A DNA stretch of 64,000 nt from an uncultured delta proteobacterium (GTDB lineage Bacteria; Desulfobacterota; WTBG01). The position numbers and the translations under genes were made by a program. Of the stretch, positions 11,423 through 22,668 are shown one piece after another; the first letter of the stretch is position 1, and every line of letters begins with the position of its first letter. The notes below the pieces were generated by a model that saw only the letters and a program-made list of their open reading frames with translations, made no database searches and was not told the DNA's origin. The stretch covers positions 1-64,000 of the forward strand of contig CAWCBP010000008.1 in assembly GCA_963793865.1 (NCBI GenBank), read 5' to 3'.

Positions 11423-11450
11423 GTAGGGGCGACCGGCCGGTCGCCCCTAC
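11423..11450. repeat. REP-like palindrome family A (gtaggggcgaccggccggtcgcccctac)
   Basis: Perfect 28-bp palindrome; other copies at 12163, 24563, 34432 and 62595. Confidence 0.9.
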
Positions 11451-11572
11451 GTTGGGATAAGACATGGCTCACTGCTTTCGCGGGGATGACCAGAGGAAGG
11501 AGACGGTTGTAATAAAAAAACCCGATGGATTATCGGGTTATCAAGACAGTGATTGGAAATAATTGATGACTG

Positions 11573-12097
11573 TTAGAAATCGGCTTGTAAGCCCGGCCCG
11601 GACATCATCAGGGCTTCTATTCTCTGGGCTATCGAAGCCAGCTCTTCATTCTCTTTTGCGTTTCTTTTGGAAAGTTCCTGCTCGTCCTTTTTGAGCTGTT
11701 CAAGCAGCAGGTTCTTTTTTTCAATCTCCTTGATAACTCCTTCTTTGCTGAGCTCTATTTCCTTAAGCCGCCTGGCTGTTTCCTTGCGCACCCTGTCGAT
11801 CTCTTGTCTTTGCTCGTCAAGTCCTTTTCTCAGGACGTTGACCCGGGCCTCCCGAACCATATTCAGGCGCTTTTCCCACACCTCCTTGTCAGGTGCGGAC
11901 CATTCCACCGGCTTGCCCTTCCGCTGGTAGGCAATGTAGCCTTTCAAACAGGTGGGGCACTGGTAATAGTAATGAACGCTGTCCTTTTCACCGTAGTTCA
12001 GGTTTTCCGGGTAGGGGACGGACTCTTTCAACTCCAGCTGAACATCCTGGTTGTTGTGTTTTTCGTCGCAGATATAGAGAATTTTTTCTTTAGGCAT
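11573..12097 (-). CDS. Hypothetical protein: putative Zn-binding N-terminus plus long coiled coil
   Basis: ICDEKH..YQCPTC followed by an E/K/R-rich helical region; likely start MPKEK at 12097 because the upstream extension runs through a REP. Confidence 0.6.
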   Translation of the reverse strand: MPKEKILYICDEKHNNQDVQLELKESVPYPENLNYGEKDSVHYYYQCPTCLKGYIAYQRKGKPVEWSAPDKEVWEKRLNMVREARVNVLRKGLDEQRQEIDRVRKETARRLKEIELSKEGVIKEIEKKNLLLEQLKKDEQELSKRNAKENEELASIAQRIEALMMSGPGLQADF

Positions 12098-12162
12098 GGA
12101 TATCTTGTCGGCATCTCTTCCGCAAACTTTAGCATTTTTAAAACGAAAAAAAGGTCCGTTCC

Positions 12163-12190
12163 GTAGGGGCGACCGGCCGGTCGCCCCTAC
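12163..12190. repeat. REP-like palindrome family A
   Basis: Identical to 11423-11450. Confidence 0.9.
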
Positions 12191-12232
12191 ATTAAGACAT
12201 GGATTCAATCTTTCGCGTGGGTTCGCATGACA

Positions 12233-13066
12233 TTATCCGGCCGGAGCAGGCCAGCTTTGGACGCGGCACCTGCCCAGCCACCTTGATTCAACCCAGCCCC
12301 GCTTCCCGTCCGCCAGCTCGATTTTAACCCAGTCATGTTCCTGCCGGACGATCCGGCATTCCACCCCGTCATGAAGCTGGAAGAGGGCGGTATTATTGAT
12401 GCCGTTGCCGGCCCGCACCGAAACTTCCTGGGTTATTATTACCGCGTCAGCTGAGTGGTTGGTATGGTAGAATTTTAAGCCAAGCGAGATGACGAGCACC
12501 GCCGCCAGCGCAAGAGCTCCCAGGAAAAGATAGCGCCAGTAATCATTTCTCAGCCACAGCCGCGCAAGGGCAAGCATCCAGCATAGGGCATTGGCGGCCA
12601 GGAACACCAGCAGCAGTTCTTGAAGGTTCAGCCTGGAGTACCAGAAGCAGAATTCATTGAAAAAGGAGGCAAGCTGCCGCGATTCGATCTTATCCCTGGT
12701 CATCTCCCGCGCATACGCGAGATTGGTTTTAAGGTCCTGGTCCCGGGGGAGATAGATCTCTGCCAGCCGGTAGCTGAGGATGGCTTTCCCCAGCATGCCC
12801 AGCTTGAAGTAGCAGTTTCCCAGGTTGTAATACATCGCTCCGTTTCTTAAGCCCGAGAGGATGAGCCTGCCATATTCCTCTGCCGCTCCCCTGTAATCTT
12901 CATCCCGGTAGCGCTTGTTAGCCTCCGTGAAGAGGGTGAGCTGGTCCGACTCCGCGTCAATCCGGGGGCCGGACGTGCCGGGGAGATTGTTTTGCGCCGC
13001 CGTGCGGGCGGGGGAAAAGATTCCCAGTATGCAGAGGCACGCCAGTATGGTCAGCAACCTGTTCAT
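12233..13066 (-). CDS. batE: BatE-like TPR + SH3b protein
   Basis: Signal peptide, TPR (YYNLGNCYFKLG), TM helices, C-terminal SH3 (LHDG..WVKIEL..RGWV); last gene of the bat operon. Confidence 0.8.
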   Translation of the reverse strand: MNRLLTILACLCILGIFSPARTAAQNNLPGTSGPRIDAESDQLTLFTEANKRYRDEDYRGAAEEYGRLILSGLRNGAMYYNLGNCYFKLGMLGKAILSYRLAEIYLPRDQDLKTNLAYAREMTRDKIESRQLASFFNEFCFWYSRLNLQELLLVFLAANALCWMLALARLWLRNDYWRYLFLGALALAAVLVISLGLKFYHTNHSADAVIITQEVSVRAGNGINNTALFQLHDGVECRIVRQEHDWVKIELADGKRGWVESRWLGRCRVQSWPAPAG

Positions 13067-14846
13067 GATATCTGCCCCATCCTTTTATCCAGCCACCGGA
13101 CAATTTGTATTATCCCGCGCAGAAGCTTCTCCTTTTCGACCGCCCCGAGCTGCCGCTGGGCAAATTGCCCGGCTTCCAGGGTGTGCAGCACTTCCAGCAG
13201 CTCCCCGATTTTTCCCTCCGGGATGGTGAGCTCTGAAAGCTGCTGCTCTATTTCCCGGGGGGTGAGCGCGCTGCCGGTACGGTTAAGCTTGTCTCCCAGG
13301 AATTCTTTAAGCGCCCGGGAGGTGAGACGGTAAAACTCCTTTCCGTCTCCGGCCTGTGCATACTTTTTAAGCGGGGCTGCGTTTCGCTTGAAATGCTTCA
13401 GGGCGCTCCTGCCCCGGGCATAGCCGGTGTCCTCCTCCAGCCGCTTTCTTCTTTTTTTCATGAAGGCGGTTGCCGCATAGGCGGCGACAGGAAATGCAAA
13501 GTAGACAAGGTACATCCACTGCCAGGGATCTATCCGGCATGGCCGCAGCGCGGCATGGGAGGTGTTGATGGGCAGAATGTCCTTGCCGATTATTTTTATT
13601 TCCTCCTTCGAGGTGACCGTGCCCAGGGCTTCGACCAGCTGCAGTTTTTCCTTGTTGCCGGACGGGGCTGCCTCGATTACCAGGGGAGCGCTTTTGCAGA
13701 GCTCATAGCTTCCCCGGGAGGGGTCAAAGTAGGTGAAGGCAAGCGCGGGTACCTGCAAGGTTCCCGCTTTCAGGGGCACAAGTGCTTTTTTTACCGTCAG
13801 GGTTCCGCCGAAGCGCTCTCCTCCTTCCTGTATGGAGAGCACAGGTTTGTCATCGTATATTTTAAAGTCCTGGACGGCAGGAAATTCAGGAGCGGCGGCG
13901 TCCCTGATATTGCCGCTTCCTTTGATGGCAATGGTCAGGGTGGTGGTGTCTCCCGCCGCAAGCTGTTTTTTGCTCACGCCGGTGCTGATGGAGAAGGCTC
14001 CCACCAGGCCGCTGAAAAGCGCGGTTTTCCCCTCGAGGGGGAGGGGCTTTACCTCCAGGGTGATCGGATTGGAATGAAGCATTTTGGGCTCGGTCCTGGA
14101 AGGGCCGAAGAAGGAATCATCGAAGAAGGGATCATTGAAGAATCCCCGCCTGCGCGATTGCATGACAACCTCGCAGGAGAGCTTCGCCGGCTCAATTTCA
14201 ACCGTTCCTTCCCGTGCGGGGAAGAGGGCCTGCCGCACTTCAGTGACTATATAAGTCTTGCCGTTAATAATGGTTTCGTACTCTTTTTCCTTCCCCAGGG
14301 ATTCGACCCTGAATCCCTGGAAGTCGGGGCTGTCCAGGTTGGCATTGGCAATGCGTACGCTTCTGAAAAGCTTGAAGGTGTAAATGACCTGTTCATTGAC
14401 ATAGGGGTTCGTGTTGCTGACGCCGGCGGTAATGAAGAGGTCCTGCCGGGCGGCGGTCCTGCCGTGATTCGCCGGCGGCAATGGTGAGGGTGATGGTATT
14501 GCTCTCTACGGTGCGTCCGCCATCGCTCAGCGTTGCGGGACCGATTTCAAACGTGCCGGCTTTCCGGGGAATGAGGATGTAGCTGTAGTCGACGCCGGAT
14601 GAGACCTGGCCGTTGATAATTTGCATCCGGGTGGTGCTTCCCCGTGACATGACCTCGAACGCGGGATGGTCGGGGAGCTGGGGCCTGGCCGATCTTTGTG
14701 ATCCTTCTACTCGAGAGGGTAAGGAAAATCTGGTCCTCAAGGGTTGCCTCCGTTTTGTCAACCTTTGCGGTAAGAGAGAGCCCATAAGCGCTCTCCGCTC
14801 CTATTATAAGTAGCACACTTACCAGGAATAGTTTCCTGAGTCCCAT
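13063..14846 (-). CDS. batD: BatD family protein (frameshifted)
   Basis: Signal peptide MGLRKLFL, YILIPRKAGTFEIGPA, PYVNEQVIYT, IKGSGNI, YFDP; split into three ORFs. Confidence 0.8.
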
Positions 14847-14860
14847 GACAAAGCCCGATG

Positions 14861-15728
14861 TTACCAATCCTTTGATGGCCGGTATGATCCGCCCGCGCGT
14901 TCTTCCTGCTGCTTACGATAATCCCGTTTGCCTTCCTTGACGCTCCTGAGCATGTTTTCCGCTTCCTCCCTGGTCATCTGCCGCGCCTGACCATCCTGTT
15001 CCTGGCCTTGCTGCGGCCCGTCTTCCCGGGCGGATGCCGCCTGCTGTTCTTCACCGGCGGGCTGCTCTTTTTCCTCCTGCTCCTGCTGAGCAGATTGCTC
15101 CTTTTGTTGTTCTTCAGCCTGTTCCTGCTGAGGCTTGTTGCTGCTGCTGTTGCTCGCCCTCTTTCTTTTGCTCACCCTCTTGCTGCCGGTCCTGTTGCTG
15201 CTGCTGCCCGTCTTGCTCCTCCTGCTTCTCCTTTTGTTGCTGCTCCTGTTCCCGCTCCTTTGCCTGGTTGAGCCGCTTTTTTATTTCTTCCCGCACGAAC
15301 TCCAGGTTGTATTTCGCGTCCTGATCATCGGGATTCAAATCCAGCGCCTGCTTATAATATTCCACGGCCTCTTCGAGCTTTCCCTGGCGATACAGGCAAT
15401 TGCCGATGTTGTAGAGCGATTGCTCCTCCAGGCGGACATCGCGGGCAGTGGCCGCTACATCCTGGTAGCCTTTAACCGCCTCTTCGTAGTTTTTCATCTG
15501 ATAGTGGGTGCTGGCAACGTTGTACTTTACCTGCGAATCTTCGGGAGACTCAATTTGGGCGTCGACAAAGGTCTTTAGAGCCTCATCATAGCTACCCTTC
15601 TCATAGTGATCGGAGCCTTTTTTCATTTTGCTGTAGAGCGATTCCCCGTGGGCAGGACCAAGGAGGAGAAAAAAGATCCCGAGGGCTGTCAGCAAGCCGG
15701 ACCAGATATGATTTTTTATGATGCTCAT
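14861..15728 (-). CDS. batC: BatC-like TPR protein with Q/E-rich tail (frameshift in low-complexity region)
   Basis: TPRs (YNIGNCLY..AKYNLE), QE-rich linker, MTREEAENML..KDW terminus. Confidence 0.8.
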
Positions 15729-15732
15729 ATTT

Positions 15733-16743
15733 TTAAAAAGGTTTGGTTAATTTTCTGCGCTCGCTGATGAAAAACTCGCCGGCGATTAAAAGGAGCGCCG
15801 CACACACGAACCATTGAAAGCGCTGCTCCCATCTCCGCTGGCGGGTGCTGCTCAACTCTTTCCCTTCGATGTGCTGCTTGATATCCACCTTGTAAATTTT
15901 ATCCAGGTCCATATCTCCGGTTACGGAGCGCACATAGCTTCCCTCCGTCTCCAGGGCGATTTTTTGCAGCGTTGCCTCATCCAGATGGGTGATGATCATA
16001 TCCCCCCGCCTGTCTTTTTTAAAGCCTCCGGAGCCGTCGCGCAGGGGGATGGGGGCACCGCCGTCCTGGCCGACGCCGATGGTGAAAATCTTTATGCCCT
16101 CTTTCTTTGCTTCCTGGGCAGCCTCCAGAGGCGCTCCTTCATGATCTTCGCCATCGGTTATAAGGATGAGGACCTTTGATTTGCGCTCCTTGGTGTTGAA
16201 TGACTTTATGGCATTCCTGATGGCATCGGCCAGCGCGGTGCCGGGCACCGGGATGAGATCGGGCTCGATGTAGTCGAGAAACATCTTGCAGGCGCCGTAG
16301 TCGAGGGTGAGCGGGCATTGCACGAAGCTCGTGCCGGCAAAAGCGATTAATCCGATGCGGTCTCCTTCCATCATGTGAATCAGATCATACACCTCGCGCT
16401 TTGCCCGTTCCAGCCTGCTGGGCTTGACGTCCTCCGCCAGCATGCTCTCCGACACATCGATGGCTACCATCAGGTCCACGCCCACCCGCTTGATATCCTC
16501 CCAGTGAAAACCCCATTGGGGCCGGGTGAGGGCACAGATGCCGAGGGCGATGCCTCCCAGGATCAGAAATGCCTTGATTCCCCTTCTTCCTTTCTGCCGG
16601 TCAGGCAGCAGCGAGGGAAGCACCTGCTTTCCGCAAAAGACGGCAGTGAGTCTGTCCCTGCTGCGAAAGGCGTAGACGTAAAAGGCAATCAAAAGGGGAA
16701 TGATCCACAGCAGGAACAGGTAGTTCAGGTTACCGAATCTCAT
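15733..16743 (-). CDS. batB: BatB VWA-domain protein
   Basis: N-terminal BatA-type TM domain, DVSESM MIDAS motif, CPLTLDY, ITDGED. Confidence 0.85.
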   Translation of the reverse strand: MRFGNLNYLFLLWIIPLLIAFYVYAFRSRDRLTAVFCGKQVLPSLLPDRQKGRRGIKAFLILGGIALGICALTRPQWGFHWEDIKRVGVDLMVAIDVSESMLAEDVKPSRLERAKREVYDLIHMMEGDRIGLIAFAGTSFVQCPLTLDYGACKMFLDYIEPDLIPVPGTALADAIRNAIKSFNTKERKSKVLILITDGEDHEGAPLEAAQEAKKEGIKIFTIGVGQDGGAPIPLRDGSGGFKKDRRGDMIITHLDEATLQKIALETEGSYVRSVTGDMDLDKIYKVDIKQHIEGKELSSTRQRRWEQRFQWFVCAALLLIAGEFFISERRKLTKPF

Positions 16744-16781
16744 AGCGCACGCTGTATGCTGGCCGGCCAGCCTTTTTCGGG

Positions 16782-17777
16782 TTATGGTATTTTTCTCAAC
16801 CGTGTGTTGGTCAGGACCACCTCGAGCAGGAGCAAGGCCAGACCGCACAGAAGAAACGGGTGAAACAGCTCCCTGTACTCGGTATATTCTTTTGTCTCGA
16901 CCCTGGTTTTTTCCATCTGATCGATCTGCCGGTAAATCTCGGCCAGGGCCTCGGTGTTGGTTGCCTTGAAATAGGTGCCCCCGGTAATGTTGGCGATCTT
17001 TTTCAAAATGGCCTCGTCCAGGTCCACCCGCTGGTAAACATACCGCTTGCCAAAAATAGTATCGGCCAGAAAGGGGACTTCACCTTCGGTGCCCACGCCG
17101 ACGGTGTAGACTTTGATGGCGAAGGTGCGCGCCATTTCGGCCGCGGTTTCCGGGTCGATGCTCCCGGCGTTGTTGCGGCCGTCGGTGAGCAGTACCACCA
17201 CCTTTGATTTTCCCGTGAGGTCCTTCAATCGTTTCACGCAGGTGGCCAGGGCTGAACCGATGGCGGTGGTGTCCCCCGCCATGCCTATCTCCACCCGGTC
17301 GAGAAAGCTGAGCAGCACGCCGTAGTCAAGCGTCAGCGGGCATTGGGTGAATGCCTCCGCGCCGAATACCACCATGCCCATGCGGTCATTTTTCCTCCCC
17401 TGGATGAAGTCGTTCACCACCCGCTTCACCACCTGCAGGCGGTTCTGCCGTTCGCCATTCCAGGTAAAGTCCAGCGCCTGCATGGTCCCCGAGGTGTCAA
17501 GGCAGAGCATGATGTCGATGCCCTCGGTGAGCACTTCGGTTGAGGTAATGCCCGCCTGGGGGCGCGCCAGGGCCGTAGCCAGCAGTATGATTACCAGGCA
17601 GCGAAGCGCCGGCGGCAGGTGTCGCAGGAAGATCATCCGCGGCTGCCTGAGCTGCTTCAGGGTGGCAAGCGAAGAAAAACGTATGCTGCTCTTTCCCAGC
17701 CCTTTCCAGTGATAGTAGATCATGAGCGGGATGAAGGCGAGAAAGCCGAACAACCAGGGATCTTCAAATCGGATCAT
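16782..17777 (-). CDS. batA: BatA VWA-domain protein
   Basis: ALARPQ, DTSGTM MIDAS motif, CPLTLDY, TAIGSAL, LTDGRNNAG. Confidence 0.88.
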   Translation of the reverse strand: MIRFEDPWLFGFLAFIPLMIYYHWKGLGKSSIRFSSLATLKQLRQPRMIFLRHLPPALRCLVIILLATALARPQAGITSTEVLTEGIDIMLCLDTSGTMQALDFTWNGERQNRLQVVKRVVNDFIQGRKNDRMGMVVFGAEAFTQCPLTLDYGVLLSFLDRVEIGMAGDTTAIGSALATCVKRLKDLTGKSKVVVLLTDGRNNAGSIDPETAAEMARTFAIKVYTVGVGTEGEVPFLADTIFGKRYVYQRVDLDEAILKKIANITGGTYFKATNTEALAEIYRQIDQMEKTRVETKEYTEYRELFHPFLLCGLALLLLEVVLTNTRLRKIP

Positions 17778-17783
17778 GCGACG

Positions 17784-18749
17784 CTATGCCTGCTGCGATG
17801 GTTGAGGGGGCGCTTCCTTGGTTTCATTGATGAACGACACCGCCTGCCGGTATTCCTGCTCGGCATCCTGGTTCGTCGGGGTGCGGCGGGCGAATTTCAC
17901 CAGGTCGGCCTGAAAGAGCAATGCCCGGGCCCCGCTTCGTACCCTCTCATCGAAACCGGTCAGGCCGGAGAGGGAGGGCAGAATCTCTTCCGTGGTCCTT
18001 TCAACCGCGGGAAAGCGGAACCGCCGCTCCAGGTATCTGCGAAAAATCTCGGAGAACCTGAGATAATGCTCCTTATAAATTCCTTTTTCAATCAGACCCT
18101 CCTTCCTCAGGTCCTCGAGCTCTTCAAACGCCAGTTCATGGGCAGGCCGGGGGGGAACCGTCCCGGCCTTTTTATATTTGAAACGGTACCAGTATATGCC
18201 GCCGAGTATCAGCGCGAGAAGGGAAACCCCTGCCAGGACATATAAGGTAATTGCCGTATAGTCTCTTTTAATGGTTTCGAGCGGCTTGATCTCCTTGATG
18301 TCCGTGGCGGCTTCCTTGTCCTCTATGACGGACTTAACCTCGATGAAAATCTCGGCGGTCTTAAGCTCCTTCTTTTCACCCTTGTCCTCATAGGCGAAGA
18401 CCGCTCCCGGGATAATGTAGGATCCGATCAGGTCCGCCTTGAGCTGGTACCACTTTTCCACCTGCGTGCGCCCATCCCGCTCCTGGGGGCCTTTCTGCCC
18501 CATGTCCAGGATCCGCAAGCCTGCGATCCGGGATCCCATCTCCGGCAGCTCCACCCTGATGGAAGGGTCGCTTGAGGCTGAGAGGGTGTAGCGGATGAGG
18601 TCCCCGGTGGTGGCGGTTGCCTTGTCCACTTCTGCCTTCACCTCCACCGGCGGAACCGTATCCTTCTCACCGGAAGTCCCGGGCTGCTGGCCCCGGCAGC
18701 AGGTGAGCAGTATCACGCACCAGGCCAGGACAAGAAAATATCTGATCAT
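17784..18749 (-). CDS. Bat-operon membrane protein (BatD-like/DUF4381-like)
   Basis: Signal or lipoprotein N-terminus, DIKEIKP-TM, RRYLERRF..ERTTEE, ADLVKFA. Confidence 0.7.
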   Translation of the reverse strand: MIRYFLVLAWCVILLTCCRGQQPGTSGEKDTVPPVEVKAEVDKATATTGDLIRYTLSASSDPSIRVELPEMGSRIAGLRILDMGQKGPQERDGRTQVEKWYQLKADLIGSYIIPGAVFAYEDKGEKKELKTAEIFIEVKSVIEDKEAATDIKEIKPLETIKRDYTAITLYVLAGVSLLALILGGIYWYRFKYKKAGTVPPRPAHELAFEELEDLRKEGLIEKGIYKEHYLRFSEIFRRYLERRFRFPAVERTTEEILPSLSGLTGFDERVRSGARALLFQADLVKFARRTPTNQDAEQEYRQAVSFINETKEAPPQPSQQA

Positions 18750-18808
18750 GATCAAACAGGTGTCTCCCCGGCAATCGACTCCGAATAAGCTCCGTGCGCA
18801 ACCCTGCC

Positions 18809-19729
18809 TCACATCCGTTTCTCCCTCATTCTGAAAAACTTCATGAGAGCGTTGATGTAAGGCTGATCGGTGATGAGCGGGATGTGATCCACGCTGCAGC
18901 GGCGGAAGATCTCACGGGTCTCGCTCACCCGGCGCGTCGCGCCCGCGCTGAACTCCCTGCGGAATGCGGCATCACCGGTGTCGATCAGCCGCGTCTCCCC
19001 GGTCTCGGCGTCTTCAAGCTCCACCAGGCCCACCGGGGGCAGCTCGCGCTCGCGGGGGTCGGCTACGGAGATGGCGATGAGGTCATGCTTTTTATTGGTG
19101 ACGCGGAGCAGCTTCTCGTAACCGCCGGCGATAAAGTCGGAAATAAGGAAGGCAATCACCCTGCGGCTGGTAATGCGGTTGAGAAAGTCGAGCGCGGCGC
19201 TGATGTCCGTCTTCCTGCTCTGGGGCCTGTGCTCGAGCACCTCCCTGATCACCCGCCACACGTGGTTTCGGCCCTTTTTGGGCGGGATGAATTTCTCGAT
19301 GCTGTCGCTGAATATGATGAGCCCGACCTTGTCGTTGTTCTTGACTGCGGCGTACGCGAGCACGGCCGCCAGCTCCGCGCTGAGCTCGTTTTTGAGCTGC
19401 GCGCCGGAGCCGAATTGCCCGGATCCGCTTACGTCAACCAGCAGCAGTATGGTCAGCTCCCGCTCCTCGCGATACACCTTCACATAGGGATGGCCCATGC
19501 GGGCGGTCACGTTCCAGTCGATGTCACGCACATCGTCGCCGGGCTGGTACTCGCGCACCTCCTCGAATTCCATCCCCCGGCCCCGGAAGGCGCTTTCGTA
19601 TTCCCCCGCCAGGATGTCATTGACCAGGTAGTTGCTGTGTATGTGGATCTTGCGGATCCGCCTGATCACCTCGAGGGGAAGGCGTGAGGAGACCGAATCC
19701 TTTTCTTTTTTGTCGCTGCGTTTTGCCAT
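18809..19729 (-). CDS. DUF58 domain protein
   Basis: GRGMEFEEVREYQPGDDVRDIDWNVTAR, DVSGS, ISDF. Confidence 0.9.
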   Translation of the reverse strand: MAKRSDKKEKDSVSSRLPLEVIRRIRKIHIHSNYLVNDILAGEYESAFRGRGMEFEEVREYQPGDDVRDIDWNVTARMGHPYVKVYREERELTILLLVDVSGSGQFGSGAQLKNELSAELAAVLAYAAVKNNDKVGLIIFSDSIEKFIPPKKGRNHVWRVIREVLEHRPQSRKTDISAALDFLNRITSRRVIAFLISDFIAGGYEKLLRVTNKKHDLIAISVADPRERELPPVGLVELEDAETGETRLIDTGDAAFRREFSAGATRRVSETREIFRRCSVDHIPLITDQPYINALMKFFRMREKRM

Positions 19730-19838
19730 GGCAGGCGGCTTTCTGTTTTTTGACGTCACGGGTTATGCGATTGCGCTGCCCGTTGATTCGAAATAGATTC
19801 TTACAGGTTCAAATCTGAGAATTGACACATTGATAACC

Positions 19839-19890
19839 GGTAGGAGCGGCTTTCAGCCGCGAATGCATCGCGCCTGAAGGCGCTCCTACC
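19839..19890. repeat. REP-like family B double palindrome (ggtaggagcggctt..gccgcgaatgcatcgcgc..gcgctcctacc)
   Basis: Full copies at 19839, 22364, 49086 and 63602; half copies at 26198, 26312, 30723 and 51084. Confidence 0.85.
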
Positions 19891-19957
19891 GAGATTTCAA
19901 ATATTAATAATTTTCAAAGAACAATTAATCCAGCATCCATATCCAGCCCTCATCCCC

Positions 19958-20944
<987 letters not shown>

Positions 20945-20947
20945 GTT

Positions 20948-21208
20948 TTACCTCCCCATGGTATGGCTTATATCGGCCGTGTGCCCGGCCTTTTTTTCTT
21001 TTTGCTTACAACGAATAACATGCTGATAAGGCTTATGAAAATTAAGAGCGCCGGCCCTGGAATCCACGGGAAAAGACCTTTGGACAATTACAGGTTCCTC
21101 AGCCATGGAAAGTGAAAGGGCAGGAGCCCCGTTTGATTGTGCCGGGAAGAATGAAAGGGCAAAAAAGATAATGGCCGGGATGGAGATGGCGGTGGAAAAA
21201 CGCTTCAT
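20948..21208 (-). CDS. Small hypothetical, possibly secreted protein
   Basis: Signal-peptide-like N-terminus; fills the gap between dnaJ and moxR. Confidence 0.3.
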   Translation of the reverse strand: MKRFSTAISIPAIIFFALSFFPAQSNGAPALSLSMAEEPVIVQRSFPVDSRAGALNFHKPYQHVIRCKQKEKKAGHTADISHTMGR

Positions 21209-21219
21209 CTTTGCAGTGC

Positions 21220-22284
21220 TTATTTTTCCTGTTCCACTGAAGCGAGTTCTTCAAACAGTTTTACCTGGCGCTGGCTCAGCCTGGTGGGCGTTTTCACCAC
21301 CACCTGCACGTACTCATCCCCTCTTCCCTTCCTCTGCAGAAAGGGGATGCCCGCCCCTTTTATGGTAAACGCCTGGCCGGTTTGGGTTCCGGGCGGTATG
21401 GTGATTTTCTCATGGCCGTTGAGCGTAGGCACTTCGATGTGTGCGCCCAGGGCAGCCTGGGAAAAAGAGATGGGAATCTGACACAGGATGTCGTTCCCCT
21501 GCCGTTCGAAGAAGGAATCAGGCTCAACGTGCAGGACCACGTACAGATCTCCCGCGGGTCCCCCGCGATCTCCTGCTTCCCCCTCTCCGCTCAGCTTGAG
21601 ATGGATGCCTGTTTCCACCCCGGCGGGTATCTTTACCTTGAGCTGCTTGCGGGCCGCGACCATGCCGCCGCCCCTGCAATCTTTGCATGGGTGGGTGATA
21701 ATCTCGCCCTGACCGCCGCAGCGCGAGCATGTTGAGCTGATGGTAAAAAAGCCCTGGGTATGTCTGACCTGTCCCCTGCCGCCGCAGCCCGGGCAGGTCT
21801 GCTTTGACTTGCCCGGCTTTACCCCGGTGCCGCCGCAGGTTTTGCAGTGCGCGTGCTTGTCGATCTCAATCTCTTTTTCCTTCCCGAATGCGGCTTCACG
21901 CAGGCTTATGGTGAGATCGTAGCGCAGGTCCGCCCCCCTGTGCACGTAGGACCTGTCCCTCCGCCTGCTGCGTCCGCCCAAGCCGAACAAGTCCTCGAAA
22001 ACATCACCGAAGCTGGAAAATATTTCCTCAAAACCGGAAAAACCCTGAAACCCCACCCCCTTCAATCCTTCGTGACCGAACTGGTCATAAAGCGATCTCT
22101 TCTGGGGATCTTTTAATACCTCATACGCCTCCGAGGCCTCCTTGAACTTTTCCTCGGCTTCGTTGTCATCCGGGCTTCTGTCCGGGTGATATTTCAGGGC
22201 CAACTGCCGGTAGGCCTTCTTTATTTCGTCTTCCGCGGCGTTTCGGGAGACACCGAGAATGTCATAGTAATCGCGTTTGACCAT
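21220..22284 (-). CDS. dnaJ: Chaperone DnaJ
   Basis: MVKRDYY, HPD motif, G/F region, four CxxCxGxG repeats. Confidence 0.95.
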   Translation of the reverse strand: MVKRDYYDILGVSRNAAEDEIKKAYRQLALKYHPDRSPDDNEAEEKFKEASEAYEVLKDPQKRSLYDQFGHEGLKGVGFQGFSGFEEIFSSFGDVFEDLFGLGGRSRRRDRSYVHRGADLRYDLTISLREAAFGKEKEIEIDKHAHCKTCGGTGVKPGKSKQTCPGCGGRGQVRHTQGFFTISSTCSRCGGQGEIITHPCKDCRGGGMVAARKQLKVKIPAGVETGIHLKLSGEGEAGDRGGPAGDLYVVLHVEPDSFFERQGNDILCQIPISFSQAALGAHIEVPTLNGHEKITIPPGTQTGQAFTIKGAGIPFLQRKGRGDEYVQVVVKTPTRLSQRQVKLFEELASVEQEK

Positions 22285-22363
22285 CTCTTGCCAGTCCTTC
22301 TCCTGATGCTCTCGGGAAGCACAGCGTACTGCCGAAAACCCAGGCAAACATCTTTGAAATTTT

Positions 22364-22414
22364 GGTAGGAGCGCATTCATGCGCGATGTGACCGCGGCTT
22401 AAATCGCTCCTGCC
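22364..22414. repeat. REP-like family B
   Basis: ggtaggagcgc..gcgcgatgtgaccgcggcttaaatcgctcctgcc. Confidence 0.75.
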
Positions 22415-22460
22415 GGCTCCATGCATATCTGAGAGAAAATGCTCGCGTCAGAAGGGGCTT

Positions 22461-22592
22461 TTAGAAAAGAGGCAGATTGACGATCCATGCGATATCAAAA
22501 AGCTCGCCGATCACGCCCATTCCCAGGGTGATCACATAGAGTATGAGGATCACCAGGAAGATCTCGTTTTTGTATTTCCCCAGGAAGCCCAC
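22461..22592 (-). CDS. 43-aa small membrane protein (not in ORF track)
   Basis: AAGGGG RBS, GTG start; MGFLGKYKNEIFLVILILYVITLGMGVIGELFDIAWIVNLPLF*. Confidence 0.6.
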   Translation of the reverse strand: MGFLGKYKNEIFLVILILYVITLGMGVIGELFDIAWIVNLPLF

Positions 22593-22668
22593 GGTTCATA
22601 TCCCCTTATTTTCAAACGAAACATTATTAATGATTACCCCGGTTATGTCAAGGTACAAACCGGATTTT

